A stretch of 26,588 nucleotides of DNA from a virus (lineage: Duplodnaviria > Caudoviricetes): positions 1 through 26,588 of IMG/VR virus record IMGVR_UViG_3300036975_000049; one strand, 5' to 3'. The notes under the pieces are model-generated. The model made no database searches. It saw only the letters and a list, made by a program, of their open reading frames with translations, and was not told the origin of the DNA. Positions 1 through 9,236 of this stretch are shown one piece after another (the stretch's first letter is position 1; every line of letters begins with the position of its first letter). The position numbers were made by a program, and so were the translations under genes.

Positions 1-1619
1 ACTTCTCCGTAAAGCTCTAATAATGGCTTTGATACACTGGTATTATAACGTCTCCATAGAGCCGTATTATGTTCCGCACTGTCTGTTATATACATCCCCC
101 CAAGATCATTCACCTGTCCGGTATCACCAAAAAAAGTTTCTACTTCTTCAACGTCCCTCCCTTCGATAGCTTTTTCAACACGCGTAAATTCATCGTATGA
201 TATATCTACAATAATCTCATCGCCTTCCTGCGCTGTGACTTTAGAAATAAAAACATCCCGGATCATGTATTCACAGGAAAATCCACCTGAGCCAATTGAT
301 TCAAATTGTATATATACATTAAAATCACCTGAATTTCTTATTAAAGCTGCGTTTACGTTAGGTGTTTCAATTATAGCCCAATCCCCGGATAGATTAATTG
401 TAGATGCAGTGAGTATCAGGCTTTCATCGACATGTTCAATAACCAAGCGGCTTACCGAATAATACTCGTTATCGGTATAATCAGAATCAGTATTTCGAAC
501 TTTTACCCTCGCTACTACTTTTACGTAATCAGAATCAGTTACTTTAGACAGCGCAAAATCACTGGTCAGCTTAATATAGCGCGCACTGGGATATTGTCCG
601 TCTTCATCAGGCAGTACGAGTGTTTCCCCAGAATCTTCAGTGTATTCGCCACCAAACCAGATACTCGCCGGGATATTCCATGGCCCGCTCCCAGTCCAAT
701 CATCCAAATCACTTACTACAGCATTACCAAGATTTCTATTTCTATGCGTAATATCAACGCGGTTCAATGGCCCGATAATAGATAAGTTTGGATTACTGGT
801 GATTTTCAATGAAGTGGTATTAATCACATCATCCGAGGCTATCCTCCCTTGGAAACCCAACGCCCACGTATAATAATGATCATAAGAAATAATCTCGTGT
901 TTCGCCTGTATGTGATAATAACCTTTACATTGTCGTAAAGTGACGTTGAAATTCTTCAGAACCTTTTCTATAACTGTCAAACAACTATCAACCCTTGTCC
1001 TTCCATTTTCTACTTGTGAAAAACGATCTGTAAATACTTCTGTCTCAAATAGGCAATTAGAATCCGAAGCCTGATAATCTTTTTCATATGTGCCTAATTT
1101 TACTTTCCATGGAAGTTCTATGCCTATTGGCGTGAGGGCGATTTTAAGAATCTGCATTATATTTTCCTTGCCAGTAACGATCTGTCCATTATTTAAAAAA
1201 TCTTCATTGGCCAAATCCTTCAATGCGTCAGTAGCCGATAACTGTATCTCAATCCTGTTGCTAAGTACAGTCCTGTCAAAATTTTCGGGGGAAATAAATC
1301 CTGTAAAAATCAAACCATTTCCTGATCCTGCATTTCTATATAGCTCTAATTTCCATTCTTTATAATACGATTCAAATAAAGGATCATAATCCGAAATATC
1401 CTCCCGGTCTACTACGAATGAAAAAGATACTTCAGACCCAAAAACAATGTCGGTATTAGATCGGCTAACTTTAGAAGTCTTATAACGAATAGGATTATTT
1501 GTTCCTTTTTGAATATAGGTTATCCCGGCATCACCATCTTCTTGTAATAGCTTTACAGTATAATGTTTTGAATCATAAAAATCATAATGCCGATATTCAT
1601 ATTTTTGTATATATGCCAT
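1..1619 (-). CDS. Phage tail protein downstream of the tape measure gene (partial, runs off the window start; not in the ORF track)
   Basis: ATG at 1619, 8 nt after the TMP stop. Manual translation MAYIQKYEYRHYDFYDSKHYTVKLL...LIFTGFISPENFDRTVLSNRIEIQLSATDALKDL... showed no stop down to position 1 (>530 codons). Position after TMP suggests a tail tip/baseplate component. Confidence 0.75.
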   Translation of the reverse strand, partial: MAYIQKYEYRHYDFYDSKHYTVKLLQEDGDAGITYIQKGTNNPIRYKTSKVSRSNTDIVFGSEVSFSFVVDREDISDYDPLFESYYKEWKLELYRNAGSGNGLIFTGFISPENFDRTVLSNRIEIQLSATDALKDLANEDFLNNGQIVTGKENIMQILKIALTPIGIELPWKVKLGTYEKDYQASDSNCLFETEVFTDRFSQVENGRTRVDSCLTVIEKVLKNFNVTLRQCKGYYHIQAKHEIISYDHYYTWALGFQGRIASDDVINTTSLKITSNPNLSIIGPLNRVDITHRNRNLGNAVVSDLDDWTGSGPWNIPASIWFGGEYTEDSGETLVLPDEDGQYPSARYIKLTSDFALSKVTDSDYVKVVARVKVRNTDSDYTDNEYYSVSRLVIEHVDESLILTASTINLSGDWAIIETPNVNAALIRNSGDFNVYIQFESIGSGGFSCEYMIRDVFISKVTAQEGDEIIVDISYDEFTRVEKAIEGRDVEEVETFFGDTGQVNDLGGMYITDSAEHNTALWRRYNTSVSKPLLELYGE

Positions 1620-1627
1620 AAATAAAT

Positions 1628-4600
1628 CTAATAATTGTTATAAGCTTCTTCACCTTCTTTGATAAAAAATAGTAATTCGTCACGTGAAATCCTGCATACT
1701 AACTGTTCTTTTTTAGAACTTTCATTTTGTAAAGGTATAGGCGCAGCAGGGGTAATTTTCTCGCCGCTTGTTAATAGTGCCGGATAAGTATCATTTGGAT
1801 ATCCGCTTGGCACGATACCCCCTTTTGCCAAAGGTTGTGCATTTATGGCCTTGATCTGTATAATTCCCGCAGCTGCTACTGCCGCTGCATTAATTAAATT
1901 AAGCGGAAATTCGGCAGAAGAAAGTGCTTTAGTTACAGCAACAGCTATATTAATATATGCTAAGGCTCGTGATACTGCTTTTTCCTTCCGTGCGTACTTT
2001 TTATTTATAGCATCAATTTTACTTTGATTATCACCTGCTGCCTGTAATTCCCTTTCTTTTGAAGCAGCGAACATATTAGCTACGCTGGAATAGATATTTG
2101 AAGCAAGAGATGCGAAATGGCTAAATGTTTCAGCGAAACGCTCTCTTTGCATCATATCAAGTTCAGCGACTTGATTATAATATTGCATTGCACTGATCTC
2201 CCCGGCAGCCCACATATTTTGCAATTGTATCTTCTGCTGCTCCACAAAATCACCAAATCGCTTAAACTGGTCTTCATTGAGGTTGAAATCACTTACTTTC
2301 AAATCAATATCTGAGAGTTCTTTATTTATAAAATTATCAAACTCCCTATTGACGTTTTTAAAACTATCTTCTAACGTATCAATTGCCTTTGCAGAGTCAA
2401 GTGCTGACTGGGCTACTTGCTTTGTAATGTCCACTAACTCTTGCTGTGTAGGATTATTTTTTGTCCGTTCAATAGCTTCAAGTTCCTCCAAGCTATTTCG
2501 TAATTGTTGTATCCTCGCGTCAGATGGTTCCAACCCCTCAGATATTAGTTGTTCTATTGTTTTTTTATGGAGATCAATAGCGTTACTAGCTTTATCGTAA
2601 GATTTCCCATATACGTCACTTAATGATGTAATAACTCGCATTTGATTTGCAAAATCATCCATAATATCAACTAACTCTTTCTGTGTAGGTTTATTTTTTG
2701 TCCGTTCAATAGCTTCAAGTTCCTCCAAGCTATTTCGTAACTGTTGTATCCTCGCGTCAGATGGTTCCAACCCCTCGGATATTAGTTGTTCTATTGTTTT
2801 TTTATGCAGATTAATAGCATTACTAACTTTATCATAAGATTTACCATATAGGTCGCTTAATGATGTAATAACTCGCATTTGATTTGCAAATTTCTCCATT
2901 GTTTTAGTTGGATCACCTCCTGAATCATTATATTGATTAGTAGGCATGTCCTGTGGCTTCATAATTTCATCCAGATATTCCTCTAAAGCTGTTTTCGTCG
3001 AATCAAGTTGTTTTTCTACAGTTTTTAAGTTTTTTTCTTGTGTGTTTGCCGAATATTCAGAAGCTTTTCCAACTAATCCATAATTATATAGTAAAGACGC
3101 TGTGTATTCTTGGAAAAAGGATAACCTTTCGCCTTCTTTTAATACAACTTGTTCTATATGTTGTTCTTCCAATTCCTGCAACTTGGCCTGCGCCGCACGT
3201 ACCTTAGCCTCACGGATCAGTTCTTGTATATATTCCGTTTTGGCTTTTTTCGCAGCATCAGTATTTATCTTTTCAATGGATAATTCATTATTGTATTGAG
3301 GCACTATACGATTTAATTCATCAATAGCCGCTTTTCGTTGCTCCAGAGTAGCCGCCTCGCTTTGGGCAATCCGATATAATTGGTCTACCTGTGATTTTTG
3401 CTTCGCTATGCTGCGTGTAGCTTCGGTATTAATAGCATTCAACGCTTTTTGGGCTTCCGAAACGCCGTTTATACGGTCTTTTAAAATAAGGTATGCCCCA
3501 GCAATTGCCGTAATTCCTGCTATAATAGCTCCTGCTGGATTAGCCATCATAGCTATGCGCAATACATTAAAGGCCTTGTAAGCCCCTACAAATGCCCTTG
3601 TAAGGTTAGGGATAACACTACTGGCAAGAAATCCAAATATTGTCAATAATGGACCGGCTGCAGCAACTACGGCACCAATCCTTATTATTAGCTGTTGTTG
3701 TGTATTTGTTAAACTATTAAACCAGTTTGTTACATTTTCTATTTTATCCGAAAATGATTCTAATAATGGAATAATTGACTGGGAAATTGATTCCCCTAAA
3801 ACAGTGAGGTTAGTCTTAGCTGTATTTATAGCTTTATTCCATTTAAATTCAGCAGTCTGTGTAACTTTCTGAAAAGCGTAATCTGCAGCACCGGTAGAAT
3901 CTGCCAATGATTCAAAAATGGCAATGTTATCCTCTGCATTTTTCCCCATAATGTCTAATGCCCCTGACAATGCACGTACATTAGGGAAAGCATCACCCAT
4001 AGAAGATACCAAATTTTCAGCCTGATCTGAATTATCTTTTACCGCGGTTGATAACCATTGTAATACAGAAAGTAGTCCATCATCACGTATTTGTTTACGT
4101 AATTCTAATGAAGACTTACCCATTGCTTGCAAAGCCTCCTCAGCCTGGTTACTTGGTTTTAAAATAGAGGCTAATATTTGTCTTAATTGTATTGAAGCAG
4201 TAGACGCATCTGTACCTGTCCGTGTCATAGCCGCAATAGAGGCACCTACCTGATCAAATGATACAGAAAGCGCCGAAGCAATCGGCAGTACCATACCCAT
4301 ACTTTGTGCCAGTGCCGGGGCCTCTGCTTTACCTTCCCGAATAGTAGCTACCAATATGTCGCTTGCCTGTGATGCCGATAAAACTTCACTTCCGTAAGCA
4401 TTCATAGCGGAAGTCAATAAATCAGCAACTGTCTTTGTTTCTCCTAATCCTGATGCCGATAATTTCGCTGATCGTTCAAGGACATCTAAAGCCTCAGCTC
4501 CACGCAAACCGGCAGAAGTAACGAAAAATAACGCGTCGGCAAGCTCCTGTGGTGATTTAGCCAGCTCTGGCCCCATCTTTATCAAATCCTTCCGCCATCC

Positions 4601-4891
4601 ATCTACAGTGCTTTCAGCAACCCCAACGAGTGACACGATCTTTGTCATAGATGAATCAAAATCTTTATACAACTTAAAAGCAGCCCCCCCGGCAAGCGTA
4701 AGGGGCAGGGTAAGATAACGTGTCATATTCTTTCCTGCCCTCTGCGCCGCTTTTCCTATCGTTTGCATACGGGCGTTGATAGAATTTACCCGCTTTTCCA
4801 CGTTCTGCTCTAATCGGTCCATATCCCTGCGGGCTTGTATCAATCCCGTAGTATCGACCCCCATTGTTGCAATTAATTCACCTATGTTCAT
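1628..4891 (-). CDS. Tail tape measure protein (TP901-type core), 1087 aa
   Basis: Long Ala-rich helical protein. N-terminus MNIGELIATMGVDTTG, TP901-like core, hydrophobic patches and a C-terminal LAKGGIV motif. Follows the tail chaperone genes. Confidence 0.95.
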   Translation of the reverse strand: MNIGELIATMGVDTTGLIQARRDMDRLEQNVEKRVNSINARMQTIGKAAQRAGKNMTRYLTLPLTLAGGAAFKLYKDFDSSMTKIVSLVGVAESTVDGWRKDLIKMGPELAKSPQELADALFFVTSAGLRGAEALDVLERSAKLSASGLGETKTVADLLTSAMNAYGSEVLSASQASDILVATIREGKAEAPALAQSMGMVLPIASALSVSFDQVGASIAAMTRTGTDASTASIQLRQILASILKPSNQAEEALQAMGKSSLELRKQIRDDGLLSVLQWLSTAVKDNSDQAENLVSSMGDAFPNVRALSGALDIMGKNAEDNIAIFESLADSTGAADYAFQKVTQTAEFKWNKAINTAKTNLTVLGESISQSIIPLLESFSDKIENVTNWFNSLTNTQQQLIIRIGAVVAAAGPLLTIFGFLASSVIPNLTRAFVGAYKAFNVLRIAMMANPAGAIIAGITAIAGAYLILKDRINGVSEAQKALNAINTEATRSIAKQKSQVDQLYRIAQSEAATLEQRKAAIDELNRIVPQYNNELSIEKINTDAAKKAKTEYIQELIREAKVRAAQAKLQELEEQHIEQVVLKEGERLSFFQEYTASLLYNYGLVGKASEYSANTQEKNLKTVEKQLDSTKTALEEYLDEIMKPQDMPTNQYNDSGGDPTKTMEKFANQMRVITSLSDLYGKSYDKVSNAINLHKKTIEQLISEGLEPSDARIQQLRNSLEELEAIERTKNKPTQKELVDIMDDFANQMRVITSLSDVYGKSYDKASNAIDLHKKTIEQLISEGLEPSDARIQQLRNSLEELEAIERTKNNPTQQELVDITKQVAQSALDSAKAIDTLEDSFKNVNREFDNFINKELSDIDLKVSDFNLNEDQFKRFGDFVEQQKIQLQNMWAAGEISAMQYYNQVAELDMMQRERFAETFSHFASLASNIYSSVANMFAASKERELQAAGDNQSKIDAINKKYARKEKAVSRALAYINIAVAVTKALSSAEFPLNLINAAAVAAAGIIQIKAINAQPLAKGGIVPSGYPNDTYPALLTSGEKITPAAPIPLQNESSKKEQLVCRISRDELLFFIKEGEEAYNNY
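2425..2899. repeat. Tandem duplication of 2 x 237 bp (79 aa) inside the tape measure gene
   Basis: FANQMRVITSLSD(L/V)YGKSYDK...EAIERTKN(K/N)PTQ(K/Q)ELVDI occurs twice. The DNA offset is exactly 237 nt (e.g. 2464 vs 2701, 2644 vs 2881). Confidence 0.97.
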
Positions 4892-5313
4892 TTATTCTGG
4901 TTTTGTCGTTTTTTATTGACAATAGGTTTCTTGACCCGGCCTTTCTTTAGCCCCATTTTTTTGAAGATATTGATCATATCTTCTGCAGTTTGCTTCTGTA
5001 CCTCCCAGCCTGTCCTATTATCCTCGTCATTATACCATTGATCGATATAATCCTGTGGATTTGTCATTTTCGGAGGGGTAGAACCCTTTTTTCTAGGTAC
5101 CATGCATCTTGCAATATTTACGACAACGGATATAAGCTTGGCAAAATAGTAATTATATTTCCAATCCCCGATTGGGTCAATCCGGTCGAAGGCTTCCCAT
5201 TCCGTTATCTGTTTTGATGTTAGCATATCTAACAAAAAATCAGGATGCGGATAACCTAATTCTTTGCAGAGCCGGAAGTAGAATTGGCGGCTTGGCCGCC
5301 GGAGGAGTTTTTT
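4888..5313 (-). CDS. Tail assembly chaperone, -1 frameshift extension (lambda gpGT-like T portion)
   Basis: The -1 frame is open from the slippery site at 5307-5313 (KKLLRRPSRQFYFRLCKELGYPHPDFLLDMLTSKQITEW...) through the track ORF 4888..5235. Its stop overlaps the TMP start. Confidence 0.85.
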   Translation of the reverse strand, partial: KKLLRRPSRQFYFRLCKELGYPHPDFLLDMLTSKQITEWEAFDRIDPIGDWKYNYYFAKLISVVVNIARCMVPRKKGSTPPKMTNPQDYIDQWYNDEDNRTGWEVQKQTAEDMINIFKKMGLKKGRVKKPIVNKKRQNQNK

Positions 5314-5678
5314 GTCATCTCCTCCCGATCCTCATCAGTTATCTTATTTAGCCCCTGAGCCTCATCGACAATGCGCTGCAATTTAGAAGCACTCATGTTT
5401 TTTGACAACATTTCATAATCCGACATAGAAAGGATAAGGGAACCATTTTCATCACAAATTGTATTTACAGCTATTTTCGCACGAAAATCCTGCAGGTTAC
5501 TTTGATAATCCCTACGGCCTTTCGTATCGCGGACTTCCTTCATCAATGATTGTTCGAAATTATCCCGTTCACGCCCTGTCATTTCCCTGACAAAAACGTA
5601 ATCATCTCCCCCAAGTTCTACTTTTTTTATCTGCAAAGTGTCTTTTTGCAGTAATATTTTTTTGTTCAGTAATCCCAT
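5256..5678 (-). CDS. Tail assembly chaperone (lambda gpG-like), 140 aa
   Basis: Lies between tail tube and TMP. Contains VFVREMTGRERDNFE. Ends with KN plus a low-complexity tail, typical of frameshifting chaperones. Confidence 0.88.
   Translation of the reverse strand: MGLLNKKILLQKDTLQIKKVELGGDDYVFVREMTGRERDNFEQSLMKEVRDTKGRRDYQSNLQDFRAKIAVNTICDENGSLILSMSDYEMLSKNMSASKLQRIVDEAQGLNKITDEDREEMTKNSSGGQAANSTSGSAKN
5286..5313 (-). other. Programmed -1 ribosomal frameshift signal: A AAA AAC heptamer plus GC hairpin
   Basis: Minus strand reads ACA AAA AAC TCCTCC GGCGGC CAA GCCGCC: an X XXY YYZ heptamer, a 6-nt spacer and a perfect 6-bp G-C stem. Confidence 0.88.
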
Positions 5679-5710
5679 TTTTATACAATTTATTTGATTA
5701 ATAAAATAGT

Positions 5711-5732
5711 AAAAAGACCCATGATTAGAGCC
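5711..5732 (-). terminator. Hairpin plus U-tract after the tail tube gene (terminator/attenuator-like)
   Basis: Minus strand GGCTC-TAATCAT-GGGTC-TTTTT. The stem is weak (G-U pairs). It shares 13 nt with the element after the major capsid gene. Confidence 0.5.
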
Positions 5733-5744
5733 GTAAAAAATGCC

Positions 5745-6185
5745 TTATATACTGTCACTTCCACCAGATGATACAGTCGGTTGACCGCTAATTGTAATCG
5801 TTACATCAATTGTAACTTTATCATCTACGGTAATTGACAAGGGCAGTTCCATTACCAAGGCCGTGAATTCAATACAGGTATTATCAGTATCGGGTAATGC
5901 AATCTGATAATTTTGTAAAGTATTCGATTCAAAATCGGTTTTCATCAATTCATAATTCGTCCTTGTGAAATTCATCGAAAGCGATACATCACCTCCGCTT
6001 CTCAGGGCACCGATTATCTCTCGATATCCTCCTGTTGAATCAAGACTGGTAACATCAATAGTCTCACGGGACATCCCCGGCCCAGAGATAGAATTAACTT
6101 CTGCAAGCGCAACCCAATCAGCTACGGCAGAGGAAGAATCCCATCTTTTAAATGACGTTCCAATTCCACTAAAAGCATCACTCAT
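5745..6185 (-). CDS. Major tail (tube) protein, 146 aa
   Basis: EVNSISGPGMSRETIDVTSLDSTGGYREIIGALRSGGDVSL is characteristic of siphophage tail tube proteins. Strong SD AAAGGAGGT at 6192-6200. Confidence 0.92.
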   Translation of the reverse strand: MSDAFSGIGTSFKRWDSSSAVADWVALAEVNSISGPGMSRETIDVTSLDSTGGYREIIGALRSGGDVSLSMNFTRTNYELMKTDFESNTLQNYQIALPDTDNTCIEFTALVMELPLSITVDDKVTIDVTITISGQPTVSSGGSDSI

Positions 6186-6189
6186 TTTT

Positions 6190-6579
6190 TTACCTCCTTT
6201 TCAAATTTAAATTAACACTAAATAAATGTCGTTCTTTGTCATCCGATCCGAGGGGTGCAATCTCGGAGGAGAGAACGATTGCTGAATATAGCGTTCCGTT
6301 CCATGTTTCTTGTACCCGGTCAAGAAGGGATTCCACTATATTATTGATCAATTCCCATCCATCCGTATACGACGTATGCCGGACACGTATCTGAAGGGAA
6401 GTATTATAAAACTTTATGTTATCTAATGTTACGTCAGGTGAACCGCCTGTATCTACAAGCACAACGCAATCTGTGCGTGTTGACGGCATTTTTGCAATAA
6501 ACAAATTTGTTGCAAATACCAATCCCAACGAACTATCGTCTAATAGCATATCTTTTATGTCCTCACTTGCTGAATTCAT
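6190..6579 (-). CDS. Tail terminator / minor capsid-type neck protein, 129 aa
   Basis: Directly precedes the tail tube gene. Contains SLQIRVR and LGSDDKERHLFSVNL motifs. Confidence 0.78.
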   Translation of the reverse strand: MNSASEDIKDMLLDDSSLGLVFATNLFIAKMPSTRTDCVVLVDTGGSPDVTLDNIKFYNTSLQIRVRHTSYTDGWELINNIVESLLDRVQETWNGTLYSAIVLSSEIAPLGSDDKERHLFSVNLNLKRR

Positions 6580-7067
6580 TTTGTCCTGGATTCTTTGCCA
6601 ACAATTTGTAATATTTTATTTTTATTCCGATCTAAAGCTTTTTCAAAAAATTTACCACCTGAACCCGGCCTCGACCAGTTTACATCATCTCCCATTTCGT
6701 GTACGAAAGCAGCATAATTTGCCGAAAAGCCTATGACAACCAATGGCCTTTGTTTTTTCATTGCAATCCCTTTGGCTGAAGCTAATACCTGCTCATGATC
6801 TACACGCAGCTCGCTTGCCTGATTACCTTCAAACGAAGGTGAATTACCTGTTGGAGTAGAACCGGTAGAAGTAACACAGAAATAGGAATGATCAAGATTA
6901 CGTAAATCAACAGGGACTGTAGGGGATGTTGTTTCCATACTCCTCCTTAGGATAATTTGAGCCTCTATCAAACCTTTTAATGTACGCCCTTTAATCATTT
7001 TTATTTCACGGTTTAAATTCTTTTTTACCTGATCAAACCCTTCTATTTTTACCCGACCCTTTGCCAT
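6576..7067 (-). CDS. HK97 gp10-like neck/tail completion protein, 163 aa
   Basis: Motifs VPVDLRNL, ANYAAFVHE and KFFEKAL, plus synteny. Confidence 0.8.
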   Translation of the reverse strand: MAKGRVKIEGFDQVKKNLNREIKMIKGRTLKGLIEAQIILRRSMETTSPTVPVDLRNLDHSYFCVTSTGSTPTGNSPSFEGNQASELRVDHEQVLASAKGIAMKKQRPLVVIGFSANYAAFVHEMGDDVNWSRPGSGGKFFEKALDRNKNKILQIVGKESRTK

Positions 7068-7426
7068 CCTACATAAGCTTTACGGACAAAAATCGTAGTT
7101 GAAAAGATCATAGGTACTTTATCAAATCGACCTATAATGTATGCCCCTTCAATCTCTCTCGGATTATCCGGGTTACTATCTAAATCAGTCAATTCACCTA
7201 AATATAGCCATCCTCCTACGTTAACATCCTGTGTTAGTAATATTTCCGATTTTGAAATAAAATCACGGGCAATATCTTGCCGTGACAATTCTTCCTTGTC
7301 CTCCCATCGGCAATTTATTTCTACAGGGGTATCAAAAGTCTCCCCCCCGTAGCCATCTGGTTGCGGATTGCCCCAATATACGGCAGTTTGTACACAAACT
7401 TTTTCTATGAATTTATCTATTGCCAT
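7049..7426 (-). CDS. Head closure / stopper protein, 125 aa
   Basis: QTAVYW...DGYGGETFDTPVEINCRWED. Follows the adaptor gene. Confidence 0.75.
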   Translation of the reverse strand: MAIDKFIEKVCVQTAVYWGNPQPDGYGGETFDTPVEINCRWEDKEELSRQDIARDFISKSEILLTQDVNVGGWLYLGELTDLDSNPDNPREIEGAYIIGRFDKVPMIFSTTIFVRKAYVGWQRVG

Positions 7427-7801
7427 TTAATCTTCAAAACTTTGTATCGCTGTAATACTTGCTTGTTTTCCGCCCAAGGCTGACATAGCCCCTGTAGTGT
7501 CCAATGTCATGACCATCTGCCCATAGGGTGTTGATGATAAATTTTTATCATATTTCCCTGTATATGTAATAGAGGCGCCCCCGGCGGCTTCTTTCAATGC
7601 CGTCCTTTCTCTGGTAGAGGCTATCATGTGTGCCGTGAGCCAGCGCTCAATCTCTTCCAGCAGGGTATCGCCCAATTCAGAAGCCCCAAGCGCTTTAGTT
7701 ACCAATGCATTCGCACCTGTAATGTATGCATCGACAATAGCATCTTCCAATGTACTATTATCAAGAATTTGTTTTACTTCTGTTGCTGTAGTCCTTGCCA
7801 T
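7427..7801 (-). CDS. Head-to-tail adaptor protein, 124 aa (start revised to 7801)
   Basis: SD AAGGAGGAGG at 7807-7816, 5 nt before ATG 7801 (TAATG overlap with the upstream stop). MARTTATEVK...IERWLTAHM...STPYGQMV resembles adaptor families. Confidence 0.8.
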   Translation of the reverse strand: MARTTATEVKQILDNSTLEDAIVDAYITGANALVTKALGASELGDTLLEEIERWLTAHMIASTRERTALKEAAGGASITYTGKYDKNLSSTPYGQMVMTLDTTGAMSALGGKQASITAIQSFED

Positions 7802-8508
7802 TATTTCCTCCTCCTTGCTTTCCAGAGCTTTGGCTCTATAAAATTGTATATATCGTTTATCTTGGGTACGTAGTCTAACCCCAGCCACTCGAGTGCTTCG
7901 AAAAGCTGTGTATAATTTCCCTTTATCAGCCTCTCTGGCCAAACTATCTTACAGTTTACGCCCGATTGAATCATCTCAACAAATCTCTTTTCATGTTGCC
8001 TTACCCACCAAATCCATCCATCGATTTCAGTATCTGCTTTTATAGCCTTCTGTACCGCAGGATTGCTAAATGCACGCATAAAATTTGTCTTAAGGCAGGA
8101 ATTAACTATATCCCCCGTCCTGCGTCGGACGATTATCCATTTAGCTTCAGGGAAAGAATAATTCCAAACAGGCCACATAAGACAAGATTTAGCCCCTTTA
8201 TACATCCATGGGCCTCCTTGGTAACCTTCCCGTATAATTATATTTTCAACCCTTTTTTTCCAATTTGCAGGAATAGGGATTTTATCCGGATTTGGTATTG
8301 GATATTGCCCAAGAGGGTCTAACCCTAAATCCCGCAGATAAGGTTTTACAAGCGAATTGCGGATACAGGCATTTTCGAACATCCCCTTTTGATTGTTATG
8401 ATTTGGGGGGGACATAGTCCCGCCAAATGCCCCACATAGATTGATAACCCCTGCAACCATGCTCGTCCCGCTTCGCGCCGCTCCTGTTATTAATATTGGT
8501 TCTTTCAT
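7801..8508 (-). CDS. Sulfotransferase-family protein (P-loop, PAPS-binding type)
   Basis: PILITGAARSGTS (5'-PSB-like loop), NQKGMFEN, and PEAKWIIVRRRTGDIVNS (3'-PB-like). Start placed at the ATGA overlap at 8508; the track gives 8529. Confidence 0.82.
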   Translation of the reverse strand: MKEPILITGAARSGTSMVAGVINLCGAFGGTMSPPNHNNQKGMFENACIRNSLVKPYLRDLGLDPLGQYPIPNPDKIPIPANWKKRVENIIIREGYQGGPWMYKGAKSCLMWPVWNYSFPEAKWIIVRRRTGDIVNSCLKTNFMRAFSNPAVQKAIKADTEIDGWIWWVRQHEKRFVEMIQSGVNCKIVWPERLIKGNYTQLFEALEWLGLDYVPKINDIYNFIEPKLWKARRRK

Positions 8509-9236
8509 ATCCAGTTTTGTTTTATCCAAGGTAAATTCTGTAACCTATGCGGTCTTGGTTTCCCATGAAAGGAAACAAGAGAAGCATTCCTAATATTATT
8601 TTTTCTTTTTTTATAATCCGGTTCTTTCACTACATGCTTTTTGAAAGAGATATATCTTCCCGGCAATATATCCTGCCAAAATATAATAGGTGTATCTTTT
8701 AGCAGGACTTTGTATGCCCGTCGCTCATCCCCTTTTATATGGGTATCCATCCAAGCGGTATCATGTTTTAGCTTTTTCCAGATAAAATGTCCAAACCCCA
8801 TATCAAAACTTATCAAATCCCCGCCAATCCCATTAAACTCATCTATATACCTTGGATTAAATGCTTTTCGTACAATAAATTCTTCTTTCCTTAGCACAAA
8901 ATCATCAATGTTAGATAGGATTACAGTGTCTAAATCGAACACCAAAATACGCCCGGTCAATTCATTGTCTGGATTATATACATAAAGCTTTGCAATCTCG
9001 CGCATCCTAGAGGGTGTTTGTATGTTACGCACAAAAATGCCTTTTTCAAATTTTGGATATTTATCAATTGGGACATCCGTAAAACAGAAAAAGCGGTGCG
9101 GCAAAGTTATGTTCCTTTCTACAGCCCTATATAACCTATTGACGTAATCGATGCCTAATAGTGGTGATCCAGATGGTCTTGGCCATGATCCCCATAAGCA
9201 ACATGCAATCGATATGTCTTCATGATTTCTATCCAT
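8505..9236 (-). CDS. GT-A fold glycosyltransferase (GT8-like), 243 aa
   Basis: CLWG...YVNRLYRAVERNITLPHRFFCFTD, a DxD motif in LVFDLDTVI, and C-terminal FHGKPRPH. Confidence 0.82.
   Translation of the reverse strand: MDRNHEDISIACCLWGSWPRPSGSPLLGIDYVNRLYRAVERNITLPHRFFCFTDVPIDKYPKFEKGIFVRNIQTPSRMREIAKLYVYNPDNELTGRILVFDLDTVILSNIDDFVLRKEEFIVRKAFNPRYIDEFNGIGGDLISFDMGFGHFIWKKLKHDTAWMDTHIKGDERRAYKVLLKDTPIIFWQDILPGRYISFKKHVVKEPDYKKRKNNIRNASLVSFHGKPRPHRLQNLPWIKQNWI

Noticed and set aside
478-539. Short direct repeat taatcagaatcagt (TDSDY twice) in the tail protein
   Set aside because: Only two copies of about 14 nt within coding sequence. There is no array or DGR-like template/variable pair.
7802-7942. 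N-terminal extension of the adaptor given by the ORF track
   Set aside because: It overlaps the sulfotransferase gene by about 140 nt. The strong SD and TAATG coupling support ATG 7801.
8509-8529. MDKTK N-terminus as another member of the RTK motif
   Set aside because: It lacks the Arg, and the likelier start is the ATGA overlap at 8508.
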